DNA of 63,262 bases, filler included, from Reticulomyxa filosa (taxonomy: Eukaryota > Protista > Foraminifera), in assembly GCA_000512085.1 (NCBI GenBank). It is 8 parts of 8 records of this genome, joined end to end, with 100 filler letters (N's around TTAATTAATTAA, not from the genome) between each part and the next. Parts side by side here need not be neighbours in the genome. Positions count along the whole stretch, not along the records: positions 1 to 21,487 come from ASPP01005677.1; 7 more parts are not named here. One strand, written 5' to 3'. Each line of letters begins with the position of its first letter. Positions within the stretch are counted from its first letter, which is position 1. Of the stretch, positions 1 to 13,774 are shown piece after piece. Made by a program: the position numbers and the translations under genes. A model generated the notes under the pieces. It was not told the origin of the DNA and did not search any database. It was given only the letters and a program-made list of their open reading frames with translations.

Positions 1-120
1 CCCCCCCCCCCCAAAAATTTGCGAAATGATGATAGTCAATGGTACGTTCGAACTACAACATGCAATATGAACAAAAAAATTTTTGTAGCATGTCGATCAC
101 ATTTTTTTGTGTTGTCACAC

Positions 121-1007
121 CTGTGTCTGGGACTCCAGTGGGTCGCTGTAACTTTTTAACTTGATCAAAGCTCTTCAGCTCGGGTGACAAACCTCCATGC
201 CTTTGCACAGTAGAAAATATTGATTTTTTTTAAAATTCAGATTGTTAGATGTTTGGATTTTTCTCTTTTCAAGGCTGTTCTCTCAACCATAAAAGTACAG
301 CAAAACATGGTAAAAATTTTGTCTGCAACGACAGCGGAAATAGGCAGACAGTTGAAACAATCTGTAAATCTCTTCCACAAACGTGGAGTATAACGGCGCT
401 TGCATTCATCATAAAAGCCATAAATTCGATTAATTGAGGCGCATTCATGGTTTCCACGCAAAAGAAAAAAGTTTTCTGGATTCCGAATTTTATAAGCCAA
501 CAGTAAACATATTGATTCGATGCTTTGTTTACCTCTGTCCACATAATCTCCTAAAAATAAATAATTTGCATTTTCTTTTTTCCCAGGATGCCCTGTTCAA
601 ATTTTTTTTTATTGATCTTTCATAGATTATGATTTTAATATAGTACATCCATAAATGATTATAAGATACGCCATTGAAATGTAATCCTTTTTTTTATTTT
701 TTTGTTTTTTTTTATTTTTCTTTCCTGAGTATTCAAACAATCTCAAGAGATCGTAATACTGGCCATGAATGTCTCCCACGATTTTTATTGGAGGTTCTAG
801 CTCCAAGAACATTGGCTGTTTCATAAACAAATCTCTCGACTTTTGACACAATATCTCAATGTGGCTTTCTTCCAAGGTTACCAATGTACCCGGTCGTTCT
901 TGTCTAACACTTAGCAGCTTCTCAATTATTTTGTCAACATCAAAAGAAGACACGTTTGTATTCACTCGTTCGATTTCTCCTTCATTTTCGTCGTTGGTTT
1001 GGGACAT
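121..1007 (-). CDS. PP1: Ser/Thr protein phosphatase PP1 catalytic subunit, 5' part (exons 1007-725, 592-307, 200-121; continues beyond window start)
   Basis: PPP motifs [61 protein letters not shown]; exons join in frame; first intron appears to have a GA donor. Confidence 0.95.
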
Positions 1008-1815
1008 TATTTGTTCTTCGTTGTGAAAGTTTTAAATTAGTTATACGGTTCAACAAATTTAAATATCCTGACAAAATTCACCAAATATCAATGGTGGATA
1101 CAGAGGAAGGAAGCAAGAAATCTCTATTTGATGTTCTTAACCTCCTTTTTTGTTTCCGACTTTTGGTTCTTGCACAAGTTAAAACGAAAAATTATCATTG
1201 AAATCTTTGTATATGTATTCATATCTTTTTTGTTTAAAAATAAATTAAAATTTAAATAAATCTTTCTTTCAAAGAAGATAAATTCTTTTTTTAAGACAAT
1301 TATTTTTGTTGCTTGAAACGATTTTATTTGTATTGAAACGAATTATATTGAAAAAAGGGCTGTATTTTAAATCAATTAAAGCAAATTTCATGTATTAAAG
1401 AGAAGAAACAAGTTAACAATGATGCCGGAAAGAGAAATGACAACGATTTTTTCAGTCTTCAAGATTATAATTACTTTATTTTCGAAACTCACCAATTACA
1501 AGTCCATTATCAATTTATGTAACACAGCTTAAAAACTATTAATTAATGTAAAACAAAACTTTTGGTAAAATATTTTGTGCAGCTGCTTTTATACTGAGGC
1601 TCAAAGAAGTGAAAAGGTAAATTTTCCTTGTGCATCACTATAAAGCGTTTGTAGTGATCCTCTTTGTTTTGTTGCTGATGACAAGTTGGCCAGAGTCGAG
1701 TTTTTACTAGAAGGCAGAGAAAAGTTGGAATTTGAATCCTTTTTTTAACAATAGAAAGAACTAAAAGATTGGTTCGCTTTCTTGTTTTTTGTGCATTCAA
1801 AAGTAAGAAATTGGC

Positions 1816-4800
1816 ATGATTTCTAGCATGGAGGAGCATAATAACGATTTGGACACATTTTCACGTCAGTGGAAAAAACTAGTAGAAAACAATGAGCTCG
1901 ACAAATGTGAGCAATTTTGTGTGGAAAGTATCAATCGTGTCAGCGATCGAATTCGAACAATTGAAGGATACACAAACAAGTCTGAGAATAACAGAGGAGC
2001 ACTTGAAGCACTACGCACTCTTCGGGGAGGATTTCGATATATGTATGGAATACTGTTGCACAATTATCTGGAAAGATACGACGAAGCGGTTCGTCAATAT
2101 GACCAATGCGTTCAAGAATGCCCTTCCAATGCAAATGCACATTGTAGCTGGGGGTCTCTTTGTAGGGACGTTTTTCAGTTAATTGAAAAAAAAGAATTTT
2201 TTTTAAAAATTAAGTAAATACAACCAGCCACGTCAGAAAAAAACAAAAAAAAAAAGTGACAACGAGAACGCAGAATACCATTTTCGGAAAGCAATTGAAT
2301 TGCAACCGAAAGACGCAATATGCCATGACAATTATGGTTTGTTTCTATTTAAGCAGTTGAATAACTACGATGAAGCACTGAGAATGCTTAACAAAGCTGT
2401 TGAATTAAAGCCACAAATGAGTCAAGCCCACAGTCATTTGGCAGAGATCTATCATGAACACTTTAAAGATTTTCAACGTGCACATGAGCATTTCAAGAAA
2501 GCAATTGAATATGACAAGCACAATCCAGACAAGTATTTGGACTATGGTATTGTCCAATATTTTTTTTAAGCCAATCAAAAAAGTGTTCACTTTTTTTTTA
2601 CATCAAAATAATTTTATTTATTTTTATGGACAGGTTTATTTTTAGAGCAAACAATGAACAATTTGGATGATGCGGGTCATTATTTTGAGAAAGCAGCACT
2701 GTGCGATACCCGATATGGAAAAGCACACAACGTTTTCAAAAATTTCTTATTACAAAAATCATCACTTGGAAATGATGCCTCGCATCAAAAGAAACTCCAA
2801 GGACAAGAGCTCAACAAAGCACAGCAAAAGCATACCACACGCTGTCTGCGATATGCCGTTCATTTGTTTTGCAATAGCAAATCAGAAGAAGCCAAGGAAG
2901 GTCAGCAATTATTGAATGTGGTGCTTAGCTATGGCGAAAACCGTATTGCAAAATTTTTGAGAGACCCTTAGTTTGTCTGTTTTTATCCCCAAAAAAAAAA
3001 ATGTCATAAAAGCAACAACGACAACAACAATAAAAGTCACGAGCCATTGCAAGGATCGGATTTGGACGCAAGTTCATTGACAGAACAGCTGGACCGTTAT
3101 CACAAACAACTTCGATCGAAAAATAAAGAAATGCATCGAATTCAACAACAGCTGGGCTATTATCGCAAAAAAATCAACAGCATATCCAATACAATCCGAA
3201 AGTCTCGATCCTTTCCAACAGGCCACGGCAGCTCGCTGAACCAAAACACAACAATGTCGATATCGGCAATTGTGCATACTCCTCCTGCTATACTTTCCCG
3301 ACCACGAAAGAATAGTCCACTCGCATCGATGAATATTCATGACACTATGCACACGAACAACACAACAGCTCCCCTGCAGACAGGTCTGTCTCGAGGAAGC
3401 GAGGATATTTACGACGACACATACGACGCAGAGGCAGCCTCTCCTTCGATCAGTCGACATTTATATCGTCGAGGTATTATTTTTTTTTTGTATACGTACT
3501 AAGTGTTCAAAGCAACATATAAATGATAAAAAAAAAAACAAAAAAACAATGAAGCATCTGACGAGAATTGGTCGCTGACAGAGCTGTCATTGCTGGAAGA
3601 CGAAATGGTCAGAGAAATGGAACGTCTGCACTTGCAAACAGTGGAAGAAGAAGAGGAAGGGAATTGGGATGACGATCTTGCCAATACCCTAAGTCCTTTG
3701 GTCGGCCACGGCATATCCCACAAACTGGGCGTCGCCACCAACTTTAGCATTAGCGACACCCTCAGTGCTCCAATGCCTATCATAGGCAGCAGCGGTGGAA
3801 TCACACGCGTAAAAGGGGCTGGCACAACTATGAACCTGGGCTTAGGGGCCATACCCACTGTACGCACCGAGGTCGGAAGCAAACGCGAGAGTGCCATCAG
3901 CAGCAACAGCTTCGGCTCGGCCAGCAGTAGCTACACCGACTTTGGACAAGCGTTGGACGCTCAACGAAAGACTTTGTGGCACGCAGCGAATAGCTTACAA
4001 CAGTTGAAGGACGACCGTGGGAACGAAGAGAAATCCTCCGTCGAATGGAAAGATACCATTGAGAATGTACTCATTCTTTTGAATGGGTCACTATTACAAT
4101 TGGATCATATCAGCAAAACCATAAACGACGGGGGACGTCCTCGCGCCGGGACGTTGACTCAGCCCGCCGCGTCTCCCGATGCATTTGCACTTGACGATAT
4201 CACCTGCATCTCGCGTGTTGCGACTATTGAAACCGAACAAAGAGAAGAGTTTTTAAGAGACGCAATCCGCAATACCGAACAAGTGGACGACGAGGATCGT
4301 GGTGTCGTCCAGCACGTGTTGCAGCAATTCTTCTCCACCAAACAGGAAGTACCCAAGACCGAGGTGTTCAAACCCATCCTCGATTACACAAGTGGCGAGG
4401 AAGAAAGTGATGTCGATACCTCGCCCATTGACATTCCCGCAGTCTCTATGACCTCCAGTGAAGGCCAAATCCTAACAAAAAAAGAAAAAGAAATGCTAAA
4501 AAATAAGACCAGCATACTTGCCGAACAGTCACTGTCCATTGAAAAAAAATATGAAGGAAAGAAAAAGAATAATCAGCAAAGAAGAAAGGCCCACCGAAAA
4601 TCCATCTCCTCACATGACGCCCATCCTCAGCCTATCACTGCTTCCAAAAGGAATTTTTTTCCTTTTTCACAAGATACTCATTCTCGCAACAACTCTGCTT
4701 TTGCTCCCGGTCCCAGTTCTACTAGAATCAGTATGTGTTTTTATGAGAAAAAAAAAAAACGAAAAATACGTATATGTATATATTTTTTTTCATATATACA

Positions 4801-6846
4801 CGTGCATGAATACACATGTGTATGCACACAACAAGTATAAAAATAATATACTTATATGTCAATGGGCGTGGTATGGATACAATTTGCTTGTGTGCAAAGC
4901 AACACGAGAAATTCGCGTGGAAGAAAAGGTTCGTCGTTGGCGAAGCAATGGAAATGCATTGGTGATGCTAAAAAAAGTGGAAGAATGGGATTTTGATGTG
5001 TTTTCACTGTGTCAATTGTGTGGCAAGTACGCCATGGCCGTTGTCTTTTGTGCATTGTGTGATCGTAGACGATTATTGGAAGAGTTGTCATTGAATGTCA
5101 CTTTCTTGTGCAATTTCTTTGTGGAAATCACAACACAATATAAAGACAACCCTTATCATAACTACATCCATGGCGTGGATGTATTAACAAATTGTAACTA
5201 CTTCATGCGAGCGCATGTATTTGAAGGCCTGAGTAACTTGGATGTGTTGGCATGCTTGGTAAGCGCTGCGTGCCATGATGTCGGGCATCCAGGCAATAAC
5301 AATGTCTTTGAAATAGCGGTGGAGTCTGACTTGGCAGTAAAATACAATGACGAATCCGTCTTAGAAAACATGCATGCGGCCAAGACTTGGGAAGTCATGA
5401 AAAAACCGGGCTGTAATATATTGGAAGGTCTTTTTTTTTTTAATGTGCTGTCCTTTTGGTTAACTGTAAAAACATCTTTTTGATACATTAAAAAAAAAAA
5501 TCGGCTGATTAGAAAAATCTAAAACGGAGCGCAAACGATTTCGACAACTTTTAATTCAAAGCATTTTGGCAACAGATATGAATAAACACAAAGAACAAAT
5601 GGGTGCCTTGACGAAGTTAATCGACGAATTAAACAAAAATGGTCGCCATTTGGAAAAGTGGTCTTTCGAAAATGGCAATGACAATATGAAATCTCCACAT
5701 TTAGCACTCCCAAACAAAAGCTTGGAAGTCACATCTTCTGCGACGGTTGTTGGCGGAACAGCTGAAACAGTCAGCATTTTTGATCGAAAAGCTGAGTTGG
5801 CTGGAATATTGATTCCATTGGCTGTGCACACTGGAGATTTGTGCAACCCCACAAAGCCCCTTCGTATCTACCGACAATGGGCAAATCGAATCACACAAGA
5901 GTTTTATGAACAAGGAGACAAAGAAAAACAGTTGGGCATCCCAATTACTGCCGCTTTTGATCGAACACAAACTACTCTGCCGGCTGGTCAAACTGGTTTT
6001 ATCAATCACGTCATTAAACCATGGTTTGATTTGTGGGGAAAATTGTTACCCGAAAAAAATCAAGGTGTTTTATTAAATGACAATACAAACCTAAATTTGG
6101 AATACATGAAAAAAGAATTGGAACTGGCCAAGAAAGAAAAAGAAAGAAAATCACAACAAACTCCACTTCTTTCTTATTCTCAAGCCCCTGCTGTTGTGGT
6201 TATCAGCACTGACACTGATGAATCTGTGCAGCAACATCCAAAACACAGTCCCTTGCCATCCAAAAGCATTGTGATCAAAACACCTCAAGGTGTCTCTGAC
6301 GTCGGAAGTGCCTCTAAACCAAACTCCAAACCGAATTCTAGCGATGAGAAAACTGGCAAATCCTTTACATATTCCAATGATAGCTCAAGAGCTGAAAAAG
6401 TTGACCTTGCCGATCCCCATGAAAATTTAACTTTGGAAGTGAGGATGAGTTTTCAAAGTCCACGCACCTCCAAAGCTCATTCTATATTGGCAGCATCACC
6501 ACAAGATATCAAAAATGCGCAATTGGAAAAACATCTGTTGGCTATTCAGGAATTGAATGCTGAGCAAATCACTGAAATGGAAAATGATTATGATATGTTT
6601 ACTCCTGAAGAGGACTCTGTTTCTAGCTTGAGAAATTTTAACTTTAGCCGAACAAAAAAACCTCCACAACAGAGATTGAAGATCGGAGCTTACAACACAA
6701 CATCAGCAATTAGTCCGCACGCGTACTCACCAAGTACTAACAACAAAAATATAAACCAAAATTCACCTTTGCAGCGCAGTGCAAGGACTAATGGTCAAGG
6801 AGCAACAGGGGGTTTTAGTTCGAACGTGAACAAAGACACAGAGTAA
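1816..6846 (+). CDS. TPR-repeat + coiled-coil + class I 3',5'-cyclic-nucleotide phosphodiesterase (7 exons, about 1495 aa)
   Basis: GT-AG introns 2178-2256, 2547-2633, 2971-3012, 3474-3554, 4731-4899, 5428-5512 join all ORFs in frame. N-terminal TPRs (A..HF.KAIEL.P..A..H.NYG). PDEase_I motifs WDFDVF, NPYHNYIHGVDV, CHDVGHPG, SVLENMH, ILATDM, HTGDLCNP, EFYEQGDKEK, QTGFI. Confidence 0.85.
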
Positions 6847-7484
6847 TTAATTATGGAAATGCTCTTGCAATTCCTATAAAAATTTATGATGAACATTAAT
6901 ATAGATAATGGTCAATTTTGTACGTTCTTAAATAATTTCTTTTTTGTTTGTTCTGTTTCTTGTTTTGTATTGTTTTTGTTTTTTTTGTTTGAGAAATTGT
7001 AGCGTTTGAGTGTTCTGCGTAATGAAAAGGAAAAATTTACAATTTTCAACTTTTTTTGAACATCATTGTTGTCTTGTGAATAAAGAAACAAGAGTTTTAC
7101 ATTTTGATTTAAAATTTAATTTTTAAATCTAGCTTCCTTTCATCACACGTTGTCCGAACTAAAGATAATAATTGCCTGTGTTTTTAATTAATTTATTTTG
7201 TTTTGGTTTTAAAAAAATAATAAGATTAGAAAAAAAGATGTTTGCCCGTTTGTTTGTGCCTCAGACATCTTATTTCAATAAAAGAAAATTGATTGGTAGT
7301 GAACTTCACCTCAATTGAATCTTTTACTCCAGTATTTCAAAGCAAAAAACAGTGACACAAACAAAAAGTATTTCTGATGTTGACAACAAGAAAAAAGAAA
7401 AAAAATAAAACAATGCACCTCATTGTTTTTCTTGAAAAAAAAGCGGGAAAAAAAAGATATTGTGATCAAGAATAAGGCAGTTTC

Positions 7485-10400
7485 TCAGGTTTGTGTGCGC
7501 AAGGAAGCAACACTTTCATTGTCTACTTGTCTTGGAGGCACCGAAGTAGATCTTCCCATTGGCGATGCAGGCATCACTGGTACTGAATACATTGGAATAT
7601 AGCCTCCTCCTGTTGCCCACAAAACAAATTTTTTACATTTTAGTAAAGTGTAGCGGGTGTTTGAGAGAAGATGGAAAAGAAAAGATATTGATAAAAAATC
7701 TATACCTGCCAGAGGATATGGATAAGCACCTCCATATCCGTAGGGTGCGTATGGCACAGTATACGGTGCCCATGTTGGCGTTGCATTTCCTCTATGCTGT
7801 CCTGGATGTGGGGGACTGATGGAAGACATTGGAGACGCGTTTATGGCTGCAGACAAATGTGACATTTGTGATGATGAGGCTGAATTTTGGTGTGAATGAT
7901 TCACTCGTGGTGCAGAAGTATTAGTAGATACAGGAACTGAACTTGATCCATTGTTGTTTGCATTTGCATTGTACTGCTGCAAATGCATCTGCTGCATATA
8001 CATCTGCTGTAAAAACATTTGGTGTTGCAGCTGTTGCTGGGCTTGCACGTGTGCATGCATTTGGATTGTCTGGTGTGTAATATCCCGAGGAGTAGCTGAG
8101 GCCGACATGGACGAAACCAGAGGTTGTGGTATCATCATTGTTGCAGAAATTTGCCCATTTGGCATCATGCCATTCAATAATTGTGGATGTGATACTAATT
8201 CTTGCTGCTGAATTTGAGTAACTTGTGATTGTTGTTGCAGCGGTTGGAGTTGTGATAATTGCTGTTGTTGTTGCTGTTGCTGTTGTTGTTGCTGTTGTTG
8301 TTGCTGCTGTTGCTGTTGCTGTTGTTGCTGTTGTTGCTGCCTGTTGCTGTTGTTGCTGTTGCTGTGGCTGCGGTTGTTGCTGTTGTAGCAGTTGTTGCTG
8401 TTGTGGCAGTTGTTGTACTCCTGTCGTAGTTATGGTTGTGGTTGTAGATACAGGAGTGACATCATTTATTGACTGTAAATTCGCATTAGGCAATACATTC
8501 TGCCTGGTCAGTGAGGGATTCATTTGCGATGCAACCATACCAGAATTGCTTTGCACGATGCCATTATTAGTTTTGGAAACCAAAGAATTTAATTCAGTGG
8601 GTATGGTGGAAGGAATCAAGTTGTTTTGTGTGGTCGGCATTAAATGTTGTGAATGATGGGTCTCAGGTATGGTTTGCATAACCAAGCCAGTTGCTGGAGT
8701 TATATTTGGGAAAATAGGAAAGTGATGCACACTGCCTTCAATGGTTCCTGGAGTTGGGCTCGCAATAACTAATGGAGCGGGAGTGATCAAATCTTCTTCA
8801 TCCATTTGTTTTTTAGCCTCCATTAACTCTTCGTAAATGTAGCGATTCAACTCGTCAATTTTTTCACGAACTTCATCTTTCAATTTTTCTACATGTTCTC
8901 TCGTCTGTTCAAAGTCTTGAGATGCCATCACTCGGTCAAACAAAGGATCTTGGCGTTGCGAATTATATTCCAGTCGATAATACATTGGACAGTTTTGAGC
9001 ATTATCTTGGGCTGTTTCATTGAAGAGAAAAAAAAACGCATTTTGTATTGTTTTTTTTGGTGTCAATCATTTTTCGCATTATATGTATATACAGATATAC
9101 GCATTGTAACTTTTTTTTGAATCCGCAATTTGTCGTTGCAAAGCCACGATTTCCATCTGATCTTCAACATATTCTTCAAATTTGGCAATAAGCTATTGTT
9201 TATCATTAACATTAACATTACATTGTTTTGGTTTATTGTTATTTATTGAAAGCTTTTCAAAATGCATAGCAAACAAAAATACATACCGAGGCTCGAAGTG
9301 CGGCATATTTTTCTCGAATACGTCGTTTCTCTTGTTCTTTGATTTGCTGTTTCTCAACTTCGGACTTATCTTTCATTTGCTCGTCCATTTGTGTCAACTT
9401 CAAATGCAACAACTTGCTTTGGTTCTGAATAAAGTCTTCGTGTTCTTTTCCTACTTCCATTTCTTTCAGCATGATTGCTTGTTTAATTTGCGCATCTCCA
9501 TCAAACTCCTCTTTGTTCCATTTTAATTGTAGTTTGTCTCCAAAAACATCCGAATTGAAAAAGTTTTTCACGGTGTCTCGATGATTTTCCACCAATCCAT
9601 TGAGATTGTCCATTTCTGGCTCCGTATCGACTTCGACTACTGTCTTTTGCGATCTTACAGATTCTATCGAATGCATTGCGTGCAATGTTGGTGTTTCATT
9701 CTATACATCAATTCAATTCATTACATACGATATGCATATATGTAAATCTATCAAAAATAATGAATTGTGCGATTATTTTTTTTTACTTAACTAGGCCAAG
9801 GTTTCCATTATTGTTATGTGCGTTATTATTATTATTGTTATTGTTATTAACATTGAGATTGGACAACAAGTCATCAGGAACATTGATAGCGTTGTTGTCA
9901 TTAGTTAGAAAGTCAAGACCTACTTTGTTGGGCTCCTCTAATATTACATATTCGCCATGAATATCGTTATCATCACTCGCAAAAGCGTTTACATCGCCCT
10001 CGTGAAGCACTGAGTCTCCGATGTCTGGGATAACTTCGTCGATTGCACCGGTGCTCTCTATCGGGCCTGCTGTCGGTGACGAAAGTGCAGGAGCTTCCGG
10101 CGTCGATGAAGAATTGGACTGCACAATACCATAGGCGGGGAGAGTGGGACCCTGTTCGAGAAATGGTTGAGGATGGGCGGTAAAAGTAGGAGCTATACCA
10201 TCTTTGTTATTCTGAAATGAGCTGCCATCCTTTTCTTTGGGAGCATTTCGCAATAGTTTGAGCTCTTTTTCGACTTCTTTTACCAATTGCGATTTCAACA
10301 GTGTATCACCATCATTCACTGTAACTTTCACTCTGCGATGTTGCAATTCACGAATTACTTGTTCGGTACTCATTTGAAAGATGGACCTCCAGATGTCTTG

Positions 10401-10568
10401 GTTTTTGAATCGAGGGTTAAGTGTCATCAGCTGAGAATCCGAGGGTTCAACGCTACCTTCACGAGGAGTGCTCTCTGGATGATTTTTCTATTATCTTACT
10501 GAAATCGTGTAATCCGTGTTCCAAATGGAAATTGATGCCCCGGTTTTCTGCTGGATTGGAATTTTTCC

Positions 10569-10600
<32 letters not shown>

Positions 10601-13600
10601 TTTGTTTAATCCTCAGTTTTTTCAATCAAATGATGTTGAAAAATCGATAAATGACAAATGATGTATATATTTGTATACATATTGTTTTTGTTTAATCAAT
10701 GAAATGATTAATTTCGAAAGTTGTTCTTCACTTACCATTGACTGAAAGATTTCCTCTTTTATCGTGTTTGTGTTGATATTTTGTGATTGCAGATTTGCGC
10801 CGCTGTTCGGATTCGAATTTACGTTGACATTAGAACTAGGATTAGAGATGGAATTAGCAGAAATGGTGACAACAGGATTGGAATTAGCGACAGAGCTGGA
10901 AGTGGTGAAAGATATTCCGTTCAGGTTGAGTCCAATCGAGGCTATTCCAGAAGCAGGTTTTTGGGACAAGATCGGAGGCGGAGGAGATTGTGATTGTTTT
11001 CGTGACATGTCTTGCAACTTATTTACATCCGATGGTGCTGCCAATGGCTGAGTGTTGGTAGCGGGATTGTTGGCTGACGTTGTCATCATTGTTGCTGTTG
11101 GTGCGGTATTGTACGCACGCGCGGACTGGTTTCCCTCGGAAAGCAAAGATACAAGGGGATTGCGAGGACCCTCGGTTGGTTGCTGTGAGGATGGAGTAGT
11201 CGTGGTAGTGGTCACAGTGGTAATCGAAGGTGTATTGCTGTATTGGCCTTGGGACAGCGAAAGAGGTTTATCATTGGCTGTGCCTGCATTGGAAGGATAT
11301 GGCTGAGTCAATGGAATGGGCTGTGATGAGGCCATCTGATGTTGATTGGATGAGATCCGGGGTGGGACAACATTGTCCGGAGGAATAGGAACAAACGAAG
11401 GAAGACCAGGCATGCTGGTCGAATAGGGACCGGCAGAATATACAGCATAAGGCAATGGCGGAGGGGAAGTGAAGTAAGGGGAGGAGGTGGCCGAGTTCGA
11501 TAAGTACATACCCATCAATGGCGCACTCGTTTGAGAATTGGTGCGTTGATGTCGAACATCACCCAAGCCTGCGATACCAATGACCGAGTTTGTCGTTGCC
11601 GTGACAGGGGGATAGCCAAATGAATAAAACGGTTGCGAGCTTACAATACTACTTCTGGCAGGACGATGGATGACCGGTGTTGAGGTTCCACTTATCGACG
11701 CGGGGTCAGTGGTAACATTACCGATGTTTGTAGAGGCAGTTCCTATCGCACCTACTGATACGCTATTAGATGCTGGTGCTGCTGATGACGAAACTTTCAT
11801 ATTCGTCAATGGTACGTAATTCTGAGAATTTGTTGCAAACACTCCAGAGCTGCTATTGTTGGGAACAGCGCCAGTGTTGCTATTCGTATTATTGTTGCTC
11901 GCGTTCGTGTTACCAACATTGTTGCTATTGTTACCATTGTTATTGTTGTTTATATTACTAGTGATATTCATATTATTATTCCCATTGTTGTTGTTATTGT
12001 TTGTATTGATGCTTATGATATTAGACGTAGTTGTTGTTGGTGATGTCTCTGGTATCGGTGGTAGAAGGTCATGTATTGTGAATGTTTGTGATGGTCTAGA
12101 GCCTAATCCTATTGTATTCACCTTTTCAGTGATTGATCCATTGTTTTTGTCCAAAGTTGTTTCTATCGAATTTAGTGCTTTTGAGTTGGGCTTTCCCATC
12201 TCGGTTGGCACTTGCGAACTTGGGACAGATCCAGCAATTGTGCCATTGGTCGGCAGACCAATTCCACTTGTCGGTACAGACGTAATGATAATGTTTGGAT
12301 TCGTTATGCTTGCATTTGACACGCCTGAGGTCACTGGTATCGATGTATTTTTTGCCATCAGCGGTATATTCAAATTTGTAATCACACCTGTGTTTGCTCC
12401 CGTTATTGCACTGCCACCGCCTGTCATTGTTGCTTGCGTCCCCGCCACTCCCGAAGACGTTGCAGCGACAGCAGTTGGGACAATCGATTTACTTGCAAGT
12501 GCAGTTGTGGATGTCCCTGCGATCGACGATGGGTTCATATAAATAGCCGATGGTGTGGACGCACTCGTCCCAAAATTGGCAACGGTGGCTGTTGCTGTCA
12601 CTGGAAAATAGGTTGGCTGTTTCGCATACGAGTCTTGCGGACTCAGGATATTTGTTGCTCCTGCCACAGTAGTTCCACCTGCACTCACAACCGAGCTCGG
12701 TGTTATTGGTGAGTGAATCTGTGTTTGCATCTGTGCTTGTGCTTGTGCTTGTGTTTGCAAAGGCGGTGGAGATGGCGATGTCGACATAGAATATGGCGGC
12801 TTGAGTTGAGACGTCGAAAGTGGTGTCGATGCTGATGCCGAGATTGGAGTCGAGGTTGGGGTCAGGGCTGATGTTAGTGCTGTTACTAATGGCGGTGGTG
12901 CTGAGGGTGAGGTCGGTGTTGCGGTTTGTGACGTGACAGACATTGGAATTTGCAAGGTATTGTGTGTAGTTGACGCTGAGCCATATACAGTGGATCCATG
13001 TGCAACGGCGTCAGAACTAGTTGTACTGTACAATGATTGGTTCTGTATTACGGGACGTGGGGCGCTACTAATGTTGTTCGAATTCATCGCCAGAGGTGTC
13101 GTTGATGTTATTACATTGGCATTGGTATTGGTATTGGTATTGGTATTGGTATTGATATTGGTATTGATATTGGTATTGATATTGGTATTGGGAGTAGACA
13201 CTGCAGTATTACTGACGAAATTGACATTGCCATTGATATTATTGTTCGCATTTACACTAGTATTAACGTTAGTATTGACATTGGCATTGATATTGGTATT
13301 CGCATTAGCATTTGTACTGATATTTGCGTTAGTATTGGGACTAACACTGGTGTTGATACTTGAGTTTGAACTTGCATTGACAAGATGGAATGGAGGGGCT
13401 TGAGATGACGCAGTCGCAGAGAACGAAGGTAAGACTGTTTTTGGTTTGGGCTGGAGAATGTCTCCGCCAAGCATCTCCTCTAAGCTGGCCACAAGAGCAT
13501 TCGCATTACTAGTCGGAACGAGGGTAGGGGTCGGAGTTGGGGTGGGGGTGATTATCAATGCGGCTGTGGCTTGTACAGGAGGAGGGATAATTGTGGACTC

Positions 13601-13713
13601 AGGAGACGATGCTGGACTTGTCGTACTTGCTGGAGGATGTGGTGGGATATTGTTGGAGTTAATATTCTGTGTCTTTGTTTCATCTGCATTTTTATTCAGA
13701 GTACTGTTATTGA

Positions 13714-13774
<61 letters not shown>

